From: Lama glama
Lineage: Eukaryota
Length of the DNA stretch: 64,000 nucleotides
Direction of reading: 5' to 3'
Assembly (NCBI GenBank): GCA_028534125.1
Contig: CM052816.1
Coordinates: 10,356,001 to 10,420,000 of the forward strand
The notes beneath the pieces are model-generated. The model saw only the letters and a program-made list of their open reading frames with translations. It was not told the DNA's origin and did no database searches. The position numbers and the translations under genes are program-made. This document shows, piece by piece, positions 50,541-64,000 of the stretch; the stretch's first letter is position 1, and every line of letters begins with the position of its first letter.

Positions 50541-52973
50541 CTGCGAGAGAGGAGGGCCACAGAGAAGTCAAGCCCCGCCCAGCCGCGCGGCGTGCCCTGC
50601 GCCTCCCCCCAAGCTTCTGGAAGCTTCGTCCGTCAGTTCTTGTGCGCACCCGGCAACCGGGCACACGCAGTTAAAAGCTCAATTATTGTATCCTCGAATA
50701 GTCTTAAACCAGCAACCCTCCAGCGGCCAGAACCTGATAGGAAAAGGTTAGTGTCTGGTTGTAAATTTGTAGTTAAGCCTCAGAAAGTTTTCACCTCGGT
50801 GGTGAAGAGCTTACGCTCTGGTAAATTCTACGTGGGCAATCTTTGTCTGTCGGCAGCATTTTAAGTTGCTGCAGCCTAGAGCTAGCTGAAGTGCCAACTT
50901 TCCAGGCACTTCTGACGGGATCCTTTTTTTTTAAAGAGACAGACGTTGTTAATACAAAGCGGACCCGAATACGGATACATAATATTTATTTCTTTGCCAA
51001 GAAAGAGTTCTTTTTTCTCCTTGTTTTTCCTAAATATCATTAGTAGTTTTTTGTTTTTGTTTTTGTTTTTTTGTTTTTTGTTTTTTGTCTGAGAGTTCAG
51101 GTTGTCCCGCAGTGATGCCCAACAAAATAACGCATCAAGGGAAAGCAGCGGGGGCGGGGGCAGGGGGAAGTCAAGTTTTATTTTTAAAGAGGCTGTATGA
51201 ATAAAGAGCCCTAGACTGGGAGCGAGGACACGTGGGTCATGCCCGGAATTCTGCGCCTAATACACTGTAGATTTGAAGTCTCTCTACTGTGTTGAACCTG
51301 CGTTTCCCTAAAAAAAAAAAAAAAAAAAAAAAAAAGGGTGGACTAGCTGTCCTCTAGGATCTCTCCTCAGTTTTAAATATTCATGGCGACAAACACCGGG
51401 TCTCACACTTGATTTCATCAGGGCGCGCACCCTACAAGGTGTATGTATCAGGGTCCTTGGGTTTATAGCGAGGAGTGGGAAAAGGGCGGTGCCAGAAGCT
51501 CAGGCAGACCGGCCCGTCCTGTTAGCTGCTGGCACGAGGGTCACCTGTTTTGAGAGGATCTTGAAGTGCTGGCATTTCCATTTGCGTGCTTCTGTGGTTC
51601 TGATGAGCTATGGTGGTAACTGGAGAGGATGTCACCGGATTCTTTTTCCACGTCTCACAGTCCACCTCCCCCTCTGCCAACTTCACTACCTACTCCATGA
51701 GAACACCCAGCTTGCTCTAACGGTAAATCTCACTGCTCTTCATCACCAGGGTTTTGTTTTGTGCAAAAGGTGTTTTGTTTTTATCAGATGACATTCTAAT
51801 AAAGCAAAAGCAGCACTCACTGAGCTGAAAGATGAGGTATTCTTGCATAAATGGTACCAAAAGAGAGGATTTCAAGAACTCACCCTTTTGTAATATTGGT
51901 CGTCTCAGTTTTTTCTTTCTCTGTTTCTTCTCCCTGGGTCGCATCCAACGCACTGAATCAATGATTCACAAGGTTTGATACAAAATAGGTCAGCCTGGAG
52001 GTTTAGTGATTGAGAAGAGCCTGTTTTCTGGAGTCAGACTTCGTGGCTTCTAGCCCAGGTTCTACCCCTAACTAGCTGTGCCTCCTTCAGGTGACTTATT
52101 GTCTCTGTAAAGCTGGAATATAGGAATAGTCTTCTCATGAGGTTGTTGGGAGGATCAGATGAAATAAGGCTGTGGAAGACTTAGCATTTGGCAGGAAGTA
52201 AGTATCCAATTGTTTGGTATTTGTCATGATCAGAAACTCCAGTGTCATTTTGCAAAACACACCTGCCCGACTTGACTCTCCTGAGACGCCAGTGCAGTGG
52301 GACTGATAGGAGAGCCAGGCATCCACGTTAAAAACAGTAACAGGAAACTCCACCAGTAATTCAGATGGGCAGCCAGGCATGGGACCCTCTCCTTGAGCCT
52401 GGCAGGTGTTCTAAGCCGTCTCAGTCCTGAGATTGTCTGTGCTCGTGTAGCAGTAGAAGGACGAGGATGTTGTAGAGCCATTTGGTTTTCTCACTTTAGG
52501 CTAGCAAAGTAGTCCCTGTTTTATAGAAGACCTGTTTGTGGCTAAGTTTTCAGGGCTCAGCAGTAGCAGAGCTAGGATTAAGATGTAGAATTTGGTCCAG
52601 GACTTCTTTGGTGAGTGATCAATCTCCCCAAAACTTTTTGTGCTATATGAAGAGACCAAAGAGCTGAACAAACTAAAAGAACTACCTTCTGGTTGACTCA
52701 GGGTTTAGTTCTCCCCACAGAATGCATAGGAAATGATGGGAAAGAATTATTTAAGGGTCAGGATCTAGCAGAACCTCTAGCCTTGAGCCCTCAAGGTGAA
52801 CAAGTAAAGCAGAGCTTCACGGAGCCGGTGGCCACCAGCCCAAAGTCTCAATTCCAAGTCCAGGATGCTGCCCTGCTTCCCTCTGCTCACCTTGAGGCTC
52901 TTTCTGCCAGGTTCCCTTCTGTGCCAGGTGGGAATGAATCTGAGAGCTGGCCCCCAAAGGAAGGTCTGGTGAT

Positions 52974-52977
<4 letters not shown>

Positions 52978-53032
<55 letters not shown>

Positions 53033-55138
53033 TTATTTATTTATTTAATTGAGGTACAGTCAGTTTACAATATTGTGTCAATTTTTTGTGTACAGCATAA
53101 TGCTTCAGTCATACATGAACATACATGTATTTATTTTCATATTTTTTACCGGAAGTTATTACAAGATATCAAATATATTTCCCTGCGCTATATAGCATGA
53201 ACTTGTTGTTTATCATATATATATATACACACACATACATATATGTATGTTAGTATCTGCAAATCTCTAACTCCCAATTTATCCCCTCCCACCTCCCTCC
53301 CCCGCTGGTAACCACAAGTTTGTTCTCTGTGTCTGAGAGTCTATTTCTGTTTTGCAAATAAGTTTGTCTTTTTTTTTAGATTCCACATGTAAGTGATATC
53401 ATATGGTATTTTCCTTTCTCTTTCTGGCTTGTTTCACTTAGAATGACAATCTCCAGGTCCATCCATGTTGCTGCAAATGGCATTATATTATTCTTTTTTA
53501 TGGCTGAGTAGTATTCCATTGTATAAATATAAAACAACTTCTTTATCCAGTCAACTGTCGATGGACATGTAGGTTGCTTCCATGTCTTGGCTATTGTAAA
53601 TAGTGCTGCTATGAACATTGAGGTGCACGTATCTTTTTGAATTAAGGTTCCCTCTGGATATATACTTAGGAATGGGATTGCTGGATCACATGGTAAGTCT
53701 GTTTTTAGTTTTCTGAGGACTCTCCATACTGTTTTCCATACTGGCTGCCTGAAACTACATTCCCACCAACAGTGTAGGAGGGTCCCCTTTTCTCCACACC
53801 CTCTCCAGCATTTATGGTTTGTGGACTTTAGAATGATGGCCATTCTGATTGGTGTGAGGTGATACTTCATTGTAGTTTTGATTTGCATTTCTCTGTTAAC
53901 TAGTGATATTGAGCATTTTTTCATGTGCCTGTTGTCCATTTATATGTCTTCATTGGAGAATTGCTTGTTGTAGGTCCTCTGCCCATTTTTGTACTGGGTT
54001 GTTTGTTTTTTGTTATTAAGTTGTATGAGCTGTTTATATATTTTGGAAGTTAAACCTTTATCAGTCATATCACCTGCAAATGTTTTCTCCCATTCCATAG
54101 GTGGTTTTTTTTTGTTTTTCTTATGGTTTCCTTTGCTGTGCAAAAGCTTTTTAAGTTTAATTAGGTCCCATTTGTTTATTTTTGCTTTTTTTTCCTATCA
54201 TTTGGGTAGACTGCCCTAGGAGAACATTGCTGAGATGTATGTCAGATAATGTTTTGCCTATGTTTTCTTCTAAGAGGTTTATAGTGTCTTGTCTTATGTT
54301 TAAGTCTTTAAGCCATTTTGAGTTTATTTTTGTATATGGTGTGAGAGACTGTTCTAACTTCATTGATTTACATGCAGCTGTCCAGTTTTCCCAACACCAT
54401 TTTCTGAAGAGACTGTCTTTTACTCCATTGTATGTTCTTGTCTCCTTTGTTGAAGATTAGTTGACCAAAAGTTTGTAGATTTATTTCTGGGATTTCTATT
54501 CTGTTTCATTGATCCATATGTCTTCTTTTGTATCAGTGCCGTGCTGTTCTGTTTACAGTAGCTCTGTAGTATTGTGTGAAGTCTGGGAGGGTTATTCCTC
54601 CAGCTTCATTCTTTTTCTTCAGTAATGCTTTGGCAATTCTGGGTCTTTTGTGATTCCATATAAATTTTTGGATTATTTATTCTAGTTCTGTGAAAAATAT
54701 CCCAGGTAATTTGATAGGGATGGCATTAAATCTGTAGATTGCTTTGGGTAGTATGGCCATTTAATCAATATTAATTCTTCCAATTCAAGAACATGGGATA
54801 TCTTTCCATTTCTATCTTTATTTTTTTCTTTTCCATTTCTTTAAGTCATCTTTAGTTTCCTTACTCAGTGTTTTGTCATTCTCCATGTATAAATCTTTCA
54901 CTTCCTTGGTCAGATTTGTTCCTAAGAATTTAATTTTTTTGGATGCAATTTTAAAAAGGATTGTTTCTTTACTCTCCTTCTCTGATATTTCATTGTTAAT
55001 GTAAAGAAATGCCATTGATTTCTGTATGTTATCACGTATCCTACTACCTTGCCAAATTCTTTTCTCAGCTCTAGAAGTTTTTGCGTGGAGCCTTTAGGAT
55101 TTTCTATATATAGTAGTATCATGCCATCCGCATATAAT
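52978..55138 (-). mobile_element. ~2.2 kb 5'-truncated L1 with frameshifted ORF2 C-terminus
   Basis: ORF 53376-53939 has the ORF2 cysteine-rich motif [18 protein letters not shown]; further ORF2 pieces in other frames; TSD GGAAGGTC(TG/CC)GTGATTTTA at 52959-52977 and 55139-55157. Confidence 0.95.
52980..53048. repeat. (TA)n/(TTTA)n microsatellite from the L1 tail
   Basis: Direct reading. Confidence 0.9.
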
Positions 55139-55247
55139 GGAAGGTCCCGTGATTTTAAAAGAAGACCTGACTTAGTCTTAGACCTGCTGATTGAGGGACC
55201 ACTCTGGCCTCTTCCAGAAGCCCAGGTCCTGCGGGACCCTTAGAATG

Positions 55248-55478
55248 GAGTCTCTCAGCCTGGCACCACTGAGTTCTGGGAGCCAGTTGCACTTTGCTGT
55301 GAAGGCTGTCCTGTGCATCATGGATGCTTAGTTGCCTCCCTGGCCTCTACCCACTAGATGCCAAAGGCACTTCCTGCTCCTGGCTGGGACCCTGACAATC
55401 AAAAGTCTCTCCAGATATCTCTCCATGCCTGCGGGGAGAGGCAGTAGAGCAAAAGCATCCACAGTTAGAACCACTGCC
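55248..55478. mobile_element. MER20-like hAT MITE
   Basis: ggctgtcctgtgcat...cctggcctctacccactagatgcca...gttagaaccactg. Confidence 0.8.
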
Positions 55479-58400
55479 TTACTGTGAAGTTTTTCAGGTA
55501 CCAGGCTCAGAATGGCCTGACTGAGCACCCGAGGGGGTGATTTGCCTGTTCTTTCACCTCGGTACCCTGTGGTGCAGAATCACATTAAAAATCGGAGTTC
55601 ATAGTATTGAGTCACTGAATTTAGTCATCATCTTGGTCATTATTTATCCTCTTTCTCACTGTGCCTGTATTTAGCCTGAGGATCCTTCTCAACACAGCAC
55701 TCACAGACACCAACCAATTGGTTGGCATTGCCCCTAACTTTTCAGAATTTCCCGAACTCAAAAATGTTTAGATTCTGTGTGCCACGTTTTTTTAGGATTC
55801 CTATTAAAAACGCATCTCCTTAGGCACTGAGGCTTATAAATCTAATTATCTGGGGATAGGGTACAGTGTTCTACTATTTGTGTGTGTGAGAGTGTGTGTA
55901 TGGTTTTTAAGGTGCTACCCACTTGATTTTTAGGTACATTTTGGGACTCTGCAGGGGAGAAGCTGTTAAGGTAGCAGGCTTAGTTCTTCCTCACAACCCC
56001 CAAACTGAGTTTTTGCCTTTCTCTTGTTCCCTATGACTAGGGATGATATTAAGAAACCTAACTTATGGATTATGCATTAATTGTCATTCTCTCAGATATA
56101 CCAGAGAGACATTATTGTTCCTTTGTCTGCAGCATTTATTTCCTGAACACTGTAGGGAAAACACAAGAATTTTAGATACTGAAACACTAATAGAATTGGA
56201 TAGGGTACTTAAGTTGGTAGGATATGAAACATATGTATCAGGGTGGTTGGTTATGAGCCATCCAAGATCTAATGCCATCTTGGGCTCTGAACTAGTGCGT
56301 GAGACATTTGGGGAGAAAAGTAACAGGTATGCTTTAAATTAAAAACTTTTTTTAAGTCCAATTCTGATGTGTAAGAAATGTTCATTCACACAAGTGGAAG
56401 GAGTCTCCATTTACAGACGAATTTAGCTCCTTTAAATTTCCATCTTTTCTGATGAACACGAACCAATATGAATCAGTAAGAATAAAATAAAGTTTCTGCC
56501 TGTTAGTCATGGTGGTGAGTTAAAATATAAGTCACATGGTGTCATACACAGCTCAGCTGGAGGAATGATTATAGGAGGCATATCAGAGATAAGCGATTAT
56601 CCTTCACAGTTGCTAACTCCCCATGCAAGAGGAACATGTGATGGTCCGTAAGGTGTGAAATGTTATAAATGTGGACAGAGGAGACAAATGAGGCTTTCAA
56701 ATATGAGACAGGGAAAATCGCACCAGAAAATACTCCAAGAGGCAGGCACTGGTTTCTGGTCTGTTGGCTTTTGCAGGAGCAGCTCTACACAATGAGCTGG
56801 GGAGTGGGGGCCACCAGGAATTTCTTCATTTAAAAGTAGTTAATTATGGTCCCTGAGCAATGCCTGAAAGTCTTAGCTTTTCAGAATCTGAATAAACAGA
56901 AAACAGATAACCTCAAGAAATGATCATCTCCAGAAAGGGTTCCCAGGACAATGCTTAGAGTGTGGCTCTCAGTCTTCTTTGCTTGTTTGATTCTATCTCA
57001 TTCACATATCCAGTCCTTCCCAAAGCAATGTTTCTCTTCTTGGCTGGAGTGATTCTTCAGTTGAGTTTAGGATGGGAATAAAATACAGAAAAACCCACCC
57101 CTAAGTCATTGTCCAATCCCCCAAATTTAAGAGTGAAAAGGGTCTTTGTAAATGGTACAGCAGATAACAGGTGTAGACTGGGACTGGCCCCATAGGCAGA
57201 CGGGAGAACAGTTCATTGTCCCTAAGCAACAGAGTCCCAGTCCAACCAAGAATAAAAGGCCCGGACAAGTGGACTTAGCCCCCTGCACGCATGAAGGAAA
57301 GGCAGAATGGGCTGCTGAAAGTGTAGCTGCCAGACAGTAAAGGGTCACACAAAATTTTTTAAACACAAGACCTAACAAGTAGACATACCATCTTTGGTAT
57401 ATCCCTTCTGGAATCAAAAGAATTCTTCAGTAAAGACAGGAAGGTCCCCAGCTTTCACCGATTCTATCTATCTGATACAGACAGAGTCACATAAAGCAAG
57501 GTGAAGTCGTCTAAGCTTCCCTCCGTGGGGCAGAAAGCCCCTACTACCTCATGGGGTCACAGCAGTATTTAACTTTTATTGAGTAAGTTCCCTGTGCACA
57601 TGGCAATTAAGCACTTTATGAATAGTATTTCAGTGTTTACAACAACCCTAAGAAATAAGAACTTTTGATCCCTGAAGAATCTAAGGAGCAGAGAAATTTT
57701 AGGCAATCTGCTAAGACTCTCAGAGCTGCTGAGTGAGCAAACTGGGTTTCGAGCTCAGGCAGTCTGTCTCCAGAACCCACGCTCTTATCGACGATATCCC
57801 CTAATTACTCTTTCCCAAGGGTAGTCTGAGGGTGGTTAAACTTGAAGATTAATTCATTTCTGAACCTTTCTCCTAGTTTACCGTCACCAAGTTGACAAGA
57901 AAATGACAAGGAGAAAGAAGCTGAACAGGACGACCTCATGGTCAAGGTAAGATGAAACCAAGTTTGAGACCTGAAATGGAAGCACTGTTCCCTGGATGGA
58001 AGGTAAATCTTAAAAAGGTTTCGATTGACAAGACCTATATGTCTCCATTCAGGGCCCCAACAAATGATGGAGAAATATATTGGGCACAGAAGTGAGTGGT
58101 TGAGGGGGAAGCAGGGACAAGCTCGAACCAGGTCTGCCTGACCAGCCTGCGCCTTCACAAGGTTATGTGGGGTTTCTTTGCATCAGCAGGAGAGGGGATC
58201 CTGCTTCTTATTTGAGGCAGAGATTCCTGGTGTTTTGATGAAAGTCACCTTCATGATAAGTCTCACCACTGCCCACATTTCTGAGATTCAGAGAATCTGT
58301 TCCCCAGTGTCAGAAGCCGTAAAGGGAAGGAAGAAATAAGGCACTGGAAGAAAGTGGAAAAAATCTTTTTAGACAGCTCATAAATAAATGATGACCCTGA

Positions 58401-59392
58401 GCTCTGAAATCGGAGGTCACACGCAAACGTGTTTCTTAACCCTCTGAGCACATGTGGCAGTCTGGCAAGTCAGGTTTAAAATGCAACTAGGTAAATAAAT
58501 AATGAGTGATGGATGGTCCATGGAGTTTCAGTCCCACTTGCAAATCCCTTTTGTAAAAGCAAAATGAATACAGAGCTTTGCAGATCTGGGACTCCCTCAC
58601 CTAGTGGCTTTCTAAAAATCTTAACAAGGATCCTACTGCCTCTGTACCATTTATGCCATGCGGGCTGTGTGTCCTACAAGTCTGCTCTGAGGGACCAGTA
58701 CATCCCAAATGTACATTAATATTAGGAAAAGATTATACATATTTAATCATTGTTGGTCAAAATTTGTTCTACAGGACATCTCCCATCAGTGTTTCTTGAA
58801 CATTCATTTATCACCTTCATGGTCACTGCCATATCCGTCTGTCACTTTCATAGCTGGGTACCACAGATACTCTGATCTGCTTTATATGTGTCTTTGAATA
58901 AGCTGATTTTTTTTAAACGGAAAAAAATCTTTGAACAGAGAACTTGATCTCTCTTCTGTACATGAAAAACCAATTTGTCCTCACGAGTTGGAAAACATGA
59001 AAGTAGATGCAGTGAGAACAAAACAGTGTCATGAATCTCTAGGTAAATACTATTGCCTGCCAAATGCTCTAATCTTAAGGTTTGTTTCGTCTTTATGAAA
59101 AAAAAGGGAGATGATTGTTAGAGAGGTATTAAGTCAAATCAGCATCAAAAAACAAACAAAACTGGGGTGGTTTTCTTGAAAAATTCAGTAGGAGTGGAAG
59201 AAAATTGTATACTGTTTTAGTATGCCACTGCAGTGAGTGATTGTCCCTCCCACCATAAAATTGAGTTTGCACATATAATTCAACTGAATCGAGCAAGACA
59301 CTTTTCCCACACGTAATACTCCTTTGCTGGGGAGAATCAGCTTGTTCCGCATGCATGTCATGTAGTTGATTGCAAACAAATCATTTACTTAC

Positions 59393-59430
59393 CATGTTCA
59401 TCAAGCAAAATGTTGTCAGGCTTCATATCC
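59393..59430 (-). CDS. STK32A: STK32A catalytic-loop exon (R-DMKPDNILLDEH-G); upstream exons outside window
   Basis: cccttag| ... CATG|gtaagt, 38 nt, phase 2-1; D-x-K-x-x-N loop; read by hand. Confidence 0.93.
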
Positions 59431-59897
59431 CTAAGGGAGTAAAAAGAAAGAAGAAAGTTGCTTATAATAAGATGAGAAAGAAACAAACAGAACTAAAGGA
59501 GAAAGGTGAACATGCTCAGAAGTGGTAGCTCGGGTTGAAACTGTACTAGCCCCACATTACTCACAGTCTCATTCACTTCTCACAATGAATTGACTAGATG
59601 CTTACCGCTGATACCCTCAATTTCTAGATCAGAAAACCAAAGCTTAAAGAGGTTTAAGTAATTTAGTTAAAGGTCACAGAGCTCACACATGGAAGAGCTG
59701 GGCTCTGAACCTGGGTCTCTCTAGGTTCCAAAGCTTAGTATCTTAATGTCTATAACATATTACACCCAAGAATGTAAATATTACATATGGCATATGGCAT
59801 TTAAATTGTCGTAAGGTAATGGTACTAATCATATTTTCAGCTATGGAACTCTAGAGCTACACTGACGAAGTGAACTTAAAGACTATAACACGACGCA

Positions 59898-60060
59898 GAG
59901 GGGGAGAGGGTACAGCTCAAGTGGTAGAGCCCATGCTTAGCATGCACCAGGTTCTGGGTTCAATCCCCGGTACCTCCTCTAAACATACATACATACATAA
60001 ATCAATCAATCAATCCTAATTACCCCCCCCAAATAATGAAAATAAATAAAAAAATGTTAA
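59898..60060 (+). mobile_element. tRNA-derived SINE (Vic-1-like)
   Basis: A/B boxes, (CATA)n/(ATCA)n tail; imperfect TSD AAAGACTATAA.A.GA at 59878 and 60061. Confidence 0.85.
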
Positions 60061-61283
60061 AAAGACTATAAAATGAGAAAGAAAATGTGATTGTATTTTA
60101 AACTTGCAGAGATAAGAATCTTTTCTAGGATATGCTATAATGTCTCTAGTTACTTAATAAATATTATTCCTGGGGATGTTAATTGAAGAACTTGGACCAG
60201 TCTTCCATGCATTGGTGAGATCCTTAAATCCATAGGCGGGAACACAGTCTACCCTCTTCCAATGAAGGGAGTAGTTTGATGGTAAATACTTAGAGGTTTG
60301 ATGGTAAATACTTGGAGGAATGGCCTGTAGAGTTTTAAAAGTTCTCGTGAAACAAATGTTACTGTAAGCAGTGCTCCGCGATCCAAGCACAGCACTGCAG
60401 TTTGTAACAGCCCTCACTCTCCCACTCTCCGGTTTTTACTGCCTTTCCCTAATGGATCGTTAAAACCCTTCAACCCAAATTCACAGAAACCATCAGGGAA
60501 TAAGTTCTGAAATAGGTTTGGGAACACATTTTCAGCCTAGTCAGGTGGCTTTTATGTTGCTAGAATAAGGTGACCTTAGTCTTTGACATACCGAGGCCAT
60601 CACAATCCTCTTTTTTTTGAAAGTATTAATGAATAACCAGCCTGTTACCTACAAAGAGAATCTATATGTCACATCCAACAGGCAGGTGTATGGGTGGTTC
60701 CATAGACTTTGAATATCTTCTCTGTTGGTTTATTAGGTTCTAAAAATTAGTTCTGGACTCATAAGTGGTCATCTGTAGCTGTGGCAAATGTTTCTCTGAT
60801 TCAGTGTACAATTTGCTTAAAAATATAGAGTGCAAGGGGATTTTGAATTGCATGTTTCCATGGCTAACCACTTAATACTGCAGACTCCACCTCGACCCCA
60901 TTGATGAATTTCATTATTTCAAAGATGATCAAGCCCAAACTCACTCATACAGAATAAAGGCCCTTTCCTAATCAGGCTCCTGTGCTTCAGCCACATGGAA
61001 GTGCCCGGAGTCCCCTGAATGCTCCCTGCATCCCCTCAACTTCTGCTGTTCCTTTGCCTGAATCAGAGCCCTTCCACTACTGCTCCCAGAAAATGCAGAT
61101 TCATCCCTCACCAATTAGCTCAGATGCCACGTCCTGCAGGGAGCCTTCCATGATCTTCCACTTCTGAGTTAATGGCCCCTCCTACGTGATTTGCATGGTA
61201 GACTTATTTCACCATAATATTTATCACACTTAACATTCATTTTTTCTCCAACTGGATCATAAACTTCTTGATGGCAGGGATGG

Positions 61284-61285
61284 TT

Positions 61286-61341
<56 letters not shown>

Positions 61342-61620
61342 TTTTTTTTGCAATTTAAAAAAATTGAAGTATAGTCAGTTTGCAGTGTGGCAATTTTTGA
61401 TGTACAGCATAATGTTTCAGTCATACATATACATATGTATATTAATTTTCATATTCTTTTTCATTGTAAGTTACTGCAAGATGTTGAATATAGTTCCCTG
61501 TGCTATCCAGAAGAAACTGGTTGTATATTTACTTTATATATAGTAGTTAGTATTTGTAAATCTCGAACTCCCAATTTATCCCTTCTCACCCCCATCCCCC
61601 TTGGTAACCATAAGTTTGTT
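61284..61620 (-). mobile_element. L1 3' end with (TTTC)n tail, inside an L2-like remnant
   Basis: ttgaagtatagtcagtttgcagtgtg... as in the other copies; (TTTC)n ~61284-61340. Confidence 0.8.
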
Positions 61621-63039
61621 GGTTTTTTGATTAATTTCTAAATCAGTATACAGCAGAGCACTCCAGTGCACCATCAAACACTTTCTGCGATTTAAAGCTC
61701 GAGGCAAACCAGGCATTAGGCTCTTGCCGCCTCTTTCAGACCTGCATCCTGTGAACATCAGAGAGTGTTTGCCAGGTGAGGAGAAGGCTCCAAGGAGCCC
61801 TGCCAGGTGAGAAGGGACTTGGGTGTGGCAAGTTGAGCAGAATGATTTCCTGGCTTGAATGTATGAAGGCTTTTTGGGAAAAATGAATTGCTTTGAGCTT
61901 GGCACTTTACCAGCTTTCTATTAAATTCCTAGACATCATTTAAAAAATTTATTAAAGCCACGATGTATCATTATATCCACTACTTTCGTCAGAAACTCCC
62001 TCAAAGCTTAAAGAACAATACAGAGGTCAGGGAGGTAACACTTTAACAGGTGGTATGTTCTACTTTTCACTCTTCTGTTCATTTATTCTTCAAATATTTA
62101 TCTACTTTAATAAGTCACTGTGTTATGATATAGGAAATATAAAGATGGATGAGATATAGTTCCCTCCGGGATGCAGAGGATAAGAAAGGTTCATAAGGAA
62201 CCATGCCAAAAGGGTTTGAAATGGTAAAGGAGCATGTTTATTACTAAATTCAGAGAAAAGGATATGAGGAAAATCTCAGAAAATGTAAAAGAAAAAGTGG
62301 ACTTTTAACAGAAAAATTAAGTGTATAAGCATAGATTGTAAGTGCATAGTTTCTCCAAAATGTAATGAGATAAACTTTAAGTCACTACAGGGTGAACAGT
62401 AATATAGTAAGATTGTTTATTCATGTAGTAGGATAAAGGAAATGAAAATAAACCCAGGGGCTATATTAAAATTCCTGCTAGAACAAGTTGAGATTTTTCT
62501 AGCTCAGAAATTGAGCATCACTTTCTCATCTTTTCTGTCTTCTCCAATAATCCTAAATTGTTTCCCTCATTTAAGGCAATCTCTAAGATGGTATCACTTG
62601 GTAGTCACCGAATCTGGATATGTTTAGATAATCACCTGGGGGAGCTTAGAACCACATGCACCCCAGCTGTTTCCTTAATCATTCCTTTGTCATCACTCCA
62701 GCCTACCCCCTGGCCAACACGACCTTCTGTCATACACCTTTGGTCACCAGGACTGACCCTGGAACTCTAGACTAACAATATATAACACTTCCTGCCTGAT
62801 GTTCCCATCTGTATGTCTAACAGTCATGATAAATATAAATATAATATGTCCTAAAGAGAACCTTTACTATATCCATTACATCACGCATATACCAAAACCC
62901 TCTTATCTCAAAAGCCCCATGTGTGGTGCCAATATTCTACTGTAAAAGTGAAAATCTTGAGATAATTCTTATTTATTTTCTTTCTCTTAACTCGTAACAC
63001 CAGTCCCACAGCAACTCTTGATAACTTTAAAATATAATG

Positions 63040-63622
63040 ATTGAAAACAGTATGGTGGTTCCTCAAAAAAATTAAACATGAAATTAACACTTGATCCAGC
63101 AATTCCACCTCTGGGTATGTACCCAAAAGATGTGAAAGCAGGTATTTGTACACACGTGACACTACTATTTACAACAGCTCAGAGGTGGAAACCACTCAGG
63201 TAAACCATCGATGGATGAATGTGGTCTATACATACAATGGAATATTATTCAGCTTTAAAAAAGAATAAAATTCTAATACATTCTGCAACATGGATTAATC
63301 TTGAAGACATTATGCTAAATGAAATATGCCAGGCACAAAAGGGCACTTACTGCATGATTCTACTTATGAGGTTCTTAGAGTGGTCAAATTCACAGAGGCA
63401 GAAAATAGAATAGTGGTTACCAAGGGTTGGAAAGAGGGGAAGGATTGATGATTCATTGTTTAATGGATACAGAGTTTCAGTTTGGGATAATGAGAAAGTT
63501 CTGGAGATGGACAATGGTGTTGGTTGCACAACAGTGTAAATGTACTTAATGTACTTTGTCACTTAAAAATGGTTAAAATGATCAATTTTATGTGATGGAT
63601 TATTTTACTACAGTAAAAAAAA

Positions 63623-63623
<1 letters not shown>
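63040..63623 (+). mobile_element. L1MB-like 3' end
   Basis: ORF 63219-63413 MWSIHTMEYYSALKKNKILIHSATWINLEDIML (ORF2 end) followed by a typical 3' UTR and A tail. Confidence 0.85.

Positions 63624-63625
<2 letters not shown>

Positions 63626-63721
<96 letters not shown>
63626..63721. repeat. (AC)48 microsatellite abutting a gap
   Basis: Direct reading; true length unknown because Ns follow. Confidence 0.95.
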
Positions 63722-63821
63722 NNNNNNNNNNNNNNNNNNNNNNNNNNNNNNNNNNNNNNNNNNNNNNNNNNNNNNNNNNNNNNNNNNNNNNNNNNNNNNN
63801 NNNNNNNNNNNNNNNNNNNNN
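63722..63821. other. Assembly gap (100 N)
   Basis: Run of N. Confidence 1.
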
Positions 63822-64000
63822 GGTTCTTTCCTGACCACTCCATCTGGAGCGGCATCCCTCTCCACCCTCATTTCGTCACCTCCATCTTATTTTCAGTACA
63901 GCACTGTCATTACCTGTTTTCTTCTGCATTTGTTCATGATTTGTCTCCCTCACTCCCACCCCCACTCCATGTAAGTTCTCAGAGGAAGGACTGTACTTTT

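Noticed and set aside
50143..50674. 173-aa and 108-aa ORFs around the GC-rich exon
   Set aside because: Only the splice-bounded 90 nt is kinase sequence; the rest is read-through of GC-rich intron or its antisense.
53376..53939. 187-aa cysteine-rich ORF
   Set aside because: C-terminus of a frameshifted, 5'-truncated L1 ORF2, not a host gene.

Overview
Mammalian genomic DNA, most likely a camelid (five copies of a Vic-1-like tRNA-derived SINE). It holds the 3' parts of two convergent genes. DPYSL3/CRMP4 is on the + strand: eight coding exons from 190 to the stop at 16440, then a ~3.2 kb 3' UTR ending near ATTAAA 19625. STK32A/YANK1 is on the - strand: eight coding exons from 59430 down to the stop at 25640, then a ~3.5 kb 3' UTR ending near ATTAAA 22170. 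All exons have GT-AG boundaries, compatible phases and no internal stops; both 5' ends lie outside the window. The rest is intronic or intergenic: L1 fragments (several with TSDs, one 5'-inverted), SINEs, MIR/L2, hAT MITEs, LTR-like pieces, microsatellites and two N gaps. I see no support for a new multi-gene system. The most unusual signals are an isolated CpG-rich STK32A activation-segment exon with 30/30 G/C-ending codons, a CFTR-like (TG)10T3 acceptor on an in-frame DPYSL3 exon, and a head-to-head SINE pair. Ortholog comparisons and repeat family names are from memory and need confirmation.
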